In this document: piece after piece, positions 59,906 through 64,000 of the stretch
Numbering within the stretch: position 1 is the stretch's first letter
Layout of the letters: each line of letters starts with the position of its first letter
Assembly: GCA_041661405.1 (NCBI GenBank)
Contig: JBAZUL010000001.1
Coordinates: forward strand, 28,403 to 92,402
Length of the DNA stretch: 64,000 bases
Direction of reading: 5' to 3'
DNA from: Patescibacteria group bacterium
GTDB lineage: Bacteria > Patescibacteriota > Patescibacteriia > Patescibacteriales > JBAZCA01
Notes under the pieces: model-generated
What the model saw: only the letters and a program-made list of their open reading frames with translations
Database searches by the model: none
What the model was told of the DNA's origin: nothing
Position numbers and translations under genes: made by a program

Positions 59906-62176
59906 ATGAACACGGAAAAAGTGTTTACCACGGAATGGCTTGGCCGCCCTCTTACAATTAAAACCGGCCGGTTGGCAAAACAGGCGCTAGCCGCGGTTAC
60001 CGTCCAATACGGCGAAACCGTAGTTTTGGCGACGGTCGTTGAAGCTAAAAACCAACGGGCTGGAATTGATTATTTCCCCTTGATGGTTGATTTTGAAGAA
60101 CGGCTTTACGCCGCTGGCGTGATTAAAGGTTCGCGCTGGGTAAAAAGGGAAGGCCGCCCGACTGATGACGCGATCTTGGCCGGCCGGATGATTGACCGCT
60201 CAATCCGGCCGTTGTTTGACGAGGCCTCAAAAAAAGACGTTCAAGTGATATTAACCACCCTGTCGGCTGACCGGGAAAATGACCATGATATCGTGGCTTT
60301 GAACGCCGCTTCGGCTGTTTTATCTATCTCAGGCCTCGGCTGGAACGGCCCGATCGGCGGAGTCCGGATTGGCCGCGTTGAAGGACAATTTATTTTTAAT
60401 CCGACTTATGAGCAAAGGGAAAAAAGCGATCTGGATTTAATCGTTGCCGGGACAAAGGAACGGATTATTATGATTGAAGCCGGAGCTTCGGAAGTTAAGG
60501 AAGAAGATATGTATGAAGCTATTTTGGCCGGACAAAAGGAATTGCAAAACGCGATAAAACTCATTGAAGAATTAAAAGAAAAAGCCGGCAAAAAACCGGC
60601 CTCGGTTGAGCCGAAGAAAAAAAATCTTGACGAAGAGGAAATGAAGCTGGAAGTGGAAAAAGAAACCGCTTTTGAGCTGGCGAAAAAATGGCTGGCGGAA
60701 AATACGGTCGCCATCCTCTTTGATAAAGAGCATTATACCAAGGGCGAAAGAAAGCTCGCCGTTGCCGCTATTAAAGAAAAGCTGGAAGAATATTTGGCCG
60801 AAGAAAAAATAAGCAAGGACTTAAGAGCCAAAGCCGTTAAGGAACTGGTAGAGCCGGCGATAGAAGCCGAAGTAACCCGCGGCATCCTTGAAAAGAAACA
60901 GCGGGTTGACGGAAGAAAATTGGATGAAATAAGAGAATTGGAAGCCTCTACCAGTATTCTGCCGAGAAACCACGGCTCAGGACTCTTCAGCCGCGGCGAA
61001 ACCCAGGTCTTGTCCGTTATTACTTTAGGCGCCCCGGGACTGGAGCAGTCTTTGGAAGGCATTGAAGGAGTGGGCACAAAAAGATTCATGCATCACTATA
61101 CTTTTCCTCCTTATTCAGTCGGCGAGGTTAAACCGATATTTTCGGCTGGGCGGAGGGAAATCGGCCACGGCGCCCTCGCGGAAAAAGCTTTGTCCACGAT
61201 GATTCCGCCTAAAGAGGAATTCCCCTATACCATCCGCGTTGTTTCCGAAACTTTGAGTTCTAACGGCTCTTCTTCCATGGCTTCAACCTGCGGCTCATCG
61301 CTCGCTTTGATGGATGCCGGCGTGCCGATTAAAAAAGCCGTGGCCGGAATCGCCATGGGTCTTGCTTCCAACCCCGACATGAGTAAGTGGGAAGTCTTAA
61401 CTGACTTGCAGGATTTGGAAGACGGCAAAGGCGGCATGGATTTTAAAATCGCCGGCACCCGCGACGGGATTACCGCTATCCAGCTGGATACGAAAACTAT
61501 CGGTCTGGACGCCGCGATCATAAAAAAAACTTTGGAGCAGGGGAAAAAAGCCCGGCTGGAAATACTGGATATAATGGAAAAAGACATTAAAGAACCGCGG
61601 GCCGAATTATCTAAATACGCCCCGCGCATTACCACCTTAAAAATTGATCCGGAAAAAATCCGCGAAGTTATCGGCTCCGGCGGAAAAATCATCAACGCCA
61701 TTATCGCCGCTACCGGAGTTTCCATTGATATTGACGACGACGGACTGGTCATGATCTGCGGCACTGACGCGGAAAAAGCTAAAGAAGCTTACGAATGGGT
61801 GAATAATATCGTCCGCGAAGTCCAGCCCGGAGAAATTTTTACCGGCAAAGTCGTCCGCATGCTGGATTTCGGCGCTTTTGTTGAAATACTGCCTAACCGG
61901 GACGGCATGGTGCATGTCTCGGAAATGGCTCCTTACCGGGTCGGAAAACCTTCTGACTTCCTCTCTCTCGGCGATATGGTGAGCGTTCAAATAAAAGAAA
62001 TTGACGATCAGGGTCGCGTTAACCTTACGATGAAAATCCCTGAAAACGAAGCGCTCTGGGTCGGAGAAAAAGGCAAGCAGGAAGGCAACGGCTTTGGTGG
62101 AGGCGACAACGGCCACCGTCCGCGAAGAGCGTTTGGCGGCGGTGATCGCGGCAGCCGGCCTCCGAGAAGATTCTAA
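59906..62176 (+). CDS. pnp: Polyribonucleotide nucleotidyltransferase (PNPase) with Arg/Gly-rich C-terminal tail
   Basis: 756 aa. Two RNase PH domains, KH (GSGGKIINAI) and S1 (GEIFTGKVVRMLDFGAFVEI). Tail: GNGFGGGDNGHRPRRAFGGGDRGSRPPRRF. Confidence 0.97.
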   Translation: MNTEKVFTTEWLGRPLTIKTGRLAKQALAAVTVQYGETVVLATVVEAKNQRAGIDYFPLMVDFEERLYAAGVIKGSRWVKREGRPTDDAILAGRMIDRSIRPLFDEASKKDVQVILTTLSADRENDHDIVALNAASAVLSISGLGWNGPIGGVRIGRVEGQFIFNPTYEQREKSDLDLIVAGTKERIIMIEAGASEVKEEDMYEAILAGQKELQNAIKLIEELKEKAGKKPASVEPKKKNLDEEEMKLEVEKETAFELAKKWLAENTVAILFDKEHYTKGERKLAVAAIKEKLEEYLAEEKISKDLRAKAVKELVEPAIEAEVTRGILEKKQRVDGRKLDEIRELEASTSILPRNHGSGLFSRGETQVLSVITLGAPGLEQSLEGIEGVGTKRFMHHYTFPPYSVGEVKPIFSAGRREIGHGALAEKALSTMIPPKEEFPYTIRVVSETLSSNGSSSMASTCGSSLALMDAGVPIKKAVAGIAMGLASNPDMSKWEVLTDLQDLEDGKGGMDFKIAGTRDGITAIQLDTKTIGLDAAIIKKTLEQGKKARLEILDIMEKDIKEPRAELSKYAPRITTLKIDPEKIREVIGSGGKIINAIIAATGVSIDIDDDGLVMICGTDAEKAKEAYEWVNNIVREVQPGEIFTGKVVRMLDFGAFVEILPNRDGMVHVSEMAPYRVGKPSDFLSLGDMVSVQIKEIDDQGRVNLTMKIPENEALWVGEKGKQEGNGFGGGDNGHRPRRAFGGGDRGSRPPRRF

Positions 62177-62199
62177 TCTAATAACATTTTCTCCATACA

Positions 62200-62234
62200 G
62201 AAAACCCGCTTCTAACAAGAGGCGGGTTTTTCTT
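62200..62234 (+). terminator. Terminator after pnp
   Basis: AAACCCGC-ttctaacaagag-GCGGGTTT followed by TTTCTT. Confidence 0.7.
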
Positions 62235-62268
62235 GACCGCGTTCGCCACTAAGCTATAATGGATTTAT

Positions 62269-63186
62269 ATGCAATCAGAAATAAGAAAACAATATTTTTT
62301 AAACAAATACGTCATAATTACGCCCGGCCGGGCGCGGCGGCCGCATGAAATCATGGAGCAAAGCCAGGCAATTTCGGATTTTAAGTGCGAATTCTGCCCG
62401 GACACCATAGATAAAAAACAGCTTATAAAAACCTATGGCAAGGGAAAAACCTGGAAAATAGCGGCCTTAAGAAATAAATATCCGGCCGTAGCCTTGGACA
62501 ACAAAAAAGCTTACGGCATCCAGGAAGTGATTATTGACACTCCGGAGCATGATATAAAATTTTCCGAACTTAGCGTTCCGGACATCGCCTATTATTTTGA
62601 CGTTATGGCCGACCGGCTGAAAGAAATAACCAAAGACAAAAAAATTGAATACGTCTTGCAGTTTAAAAACCACGGTTCAAAAGCCGGCGCGACTATCCGG
62701 CACGAGCATTCCCAGATTTTCGCCACTAACATCCTGCCGCCGGATATTTCCGGCGAATTACAGCAGGCCGAGAATTATAAAATTGAACATAACGCCTGCC
62801 CTTACTGCGGAATTTTAAAAAATGAATTAAAAAGCCCGCGAAAAATTTGCGAAGACAAATTTATTGGCGCGTTCGCCCCTTACGCTTCAGAGTATCATTA
62901 CGAAGCCTGGATTTTTCCGAAAAGGCACCTGGATAATATTTCCGTCCTCACCCGGGAAGAAAAAAAATCCCTGGCCGCCTGCCTGAAAAAAATCCTGGCT
63001 AAAATAGACTCGCTCGGCCTGGCCTATAATTTTTTCATGCATCAGGTCGTAAAAGACAGCGGCCAGCACTTTTATATCAAAGTCCAGCCGCGCGACAAAA
63101 ACGTCTGGGCCGGCATTGAACTGGGGTCAGGACTCGTCATCAACTCAATCGCTCCGGAAAAAGCCGCTAAATTTTACCGGAGCTGA
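62269..63186 (+). CDS. galT: Galactose-1-phosphate uridylyltransferase-like HIT-family nucleotidyltransferase
   Basis: 305 aa. N-terminal CEFCP zinc motif and the HxHxQ active site in GATIRHEHSQIFA. A second half-domain has a CPYC motif. Confidence 0.75.
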   Translation: MQSEIRKQYFLNKYVIITPGRARRPHEIMEQSQAISDFKCEFCPDTIDKKQLIKTYGKGKTWKIAALRNKYPAVALDNKKAYGIQEVIIDTPEHDIKFSELSVPDIAYYFDVMADRLKEITKDKKIEYVLQFKNHGSKAGATIRHEHSQIFATNILPPDISGELQQAENYKIEHNACPYCGILKNELKSPRKICEDKFIGAFAPYASEYHYEAWIFPKRHLDNISVLTREEKKSLAACLKKILAKIDSLGLAYNFFMHQVVKDSGQHFYIKVQPRDKNVWAGIELGSGLVINSIAPEKAAKFYRS

Positions 63187-63231
63187 TTTTTTGCCGATTA
63201 TCGCCATTAACCGCAGCCGGTACGGCTGAAA

Positions 63232-63260
63232 TTGAAAAATCCGCTTAATGCTGTTATACT
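63232..63260 (+). promoter_or_regulatory. Predicted promoter of the PBP1A gene
   Basis: TTGAAA - 17 nt - TATACT. Confidence 0.55.
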
Positions 63261-63337
63261 TTACCTAAAGCGTGAATTATTTTCTAATACATTGCTGAAT
63301 ATTTGATTTTCGGGCATTTAGCCCTTAATTTTAGGTT

Positions 63338-64000
63338 ATGACATTTCGCAATTTAGCCAATAAGACTCGAACCAGCCAAAATTGGCGGGACGGAAAAAAG
63401 TATTACGTCAACGCCCGTTCCGGAGATTCCCGGCGGAAAAAAAGCGTCTCAATCTGGGCTCTGCTTCTTTCCCGGCGAATGCTCAGAGCCTATTTATACC
63501 TGATTATCGGCGGCGGAATCTTCATTTTTATCGGGATAGCTGTTTTATCCCGCGACCTTCCCGACCCGAACCGGCTCATTAACCGGGAAATCGCTCAAAG
63601 CACGAAAATTTACGACCGAACCGGCGAAACCGTGCTCTACGAAGTTTTCGGGGACGAAAAAAGGACTTCAATAAAACTGAACGAAATTCCGGATTACGTC
63701 AAAAACGCCACAATAGCGATTGAAGATAAGGATTATTATAAGCACGGCGGCATTAGTTTATGGGGAATTTTCCGCGGCGTGGTTTTAAGGGTGCTTTCCG
63801 GAAAATCACCGCAAGGCGGATCAACCCTTACCCAGCAATTTATCAAAAACGCCATCCTGACGCCGGAACGCTCAGCCGTCCGCAAACTGAAAGAATGGAT
63901 ATTAGCGTACCGGATTGAAAAAATATTTACCAAAGACGAAATCCTGCAGATGTATTTTAACGAAATTCCTTACGGCTCAACCGCTTATGGCGTTGAATCA
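63338..64000 (+). CDS. Class A penicillin-binding protein (PBP1A-type), N-terminal transglycosylase part; runs off the right edge
   Basis: Own translation from ATG at 63338: basic N-terminus, a TM helix (LYLIIGGGIFIFIGIAVL), and GT51 motifs EDKDYYKHGG, GGSTLTQQ and RKLKEW. Not in the ORF track because it is truncated. Confidence 0.85.
   Translation, partial: MTFRNLANKTRTSQNWRDGKKYYVNARSGDSRRKKSVSIWALLLSRRMLRAYLYLIIGGGIFIFIGIAVLSRDLPDPNRLINREIAQSTKIYDRTGETVLYEVFGDEKRTSIKLNEIPDYVKNATIAIEDKDYYKHGGISLWGIFRGVVLRVLSGKSPQGGSTLTQQFIKNAILTPERSAVRKLKEWILAYRIEKIFTKDEILQMYFNEIPYGSTAYGVES

Overview
This 64-kb window looks like part of a streamlined bacterial chromosome. Gene content suggests a Candidate Phyla Radiation / Patescibacteria-like organism, but no database search was possible.

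About 56 protein genes are supported, mostly housekeeping:
- Aminoacyl-tRNA synthetases: ileS, trpS, valS, proS.
- DNA repair: recQ, uvrB, uvrC.
- One-carbon metabolism: folD, glyA.
- Proline synthesis: proC, proA, proB.
- Translation, proteolysis and RNA turnover: clpP, infB, rplS, rpsO, pnp, rny, a ymdB-like gene, HU.
- Envelope: uppP, a phosphohexomutase, a galT-like gene, and a PBP1A fragment at the right edge.

Seven intact tRNAs were folded by hand: Val-GAC, Val-CAC, Val-UAC, Ile-UAU, Leu-GAG, Arg-UCG and a CAU tRNA. Several tRNA-derived fragments sit beside them. I saw no rRNA, CRISPR array, integrase or transposase.

Accessory or unusual content:
1. Six tandem TrbC/VirB2-like small membrane protein paralogs lie divergent from a cluster of two GT-C-like and two GT2 glycosyltransferase genes.
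2. A 1.3-kb AT-rich insertion carrying GIY-YIG and MBL-fold genes is bracketed by a 20-nt repeat of the tRNA-Val 3' end.
3. A HEPN / minimal nucleotidyltransferase pair has a third small ORF and a predicted leaderless promoter.
4. A GC-rich island encodes a secreted Cys-containing protein.
5. A bacterial Elp3 and a Trm9-like methyltransferase both occur in the window.
6. The non-coding repeat landscape is rich. It includes a structured repeat whose terminus supplies the -35 box of neighbouring promoters, hairpins built from heptanucleotide tandem repeats in 5' leaders, the same kind of heptad array in-frame inside genes, GC palindrome elements inserted in-frame into ileS and a PP-loop ATPase, and long inverted-repeat hairpins just upstream of pnp and rny.

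All coordinates for RNAs, repeats and promoters come from manual reading and may be off by a few nucleotides.
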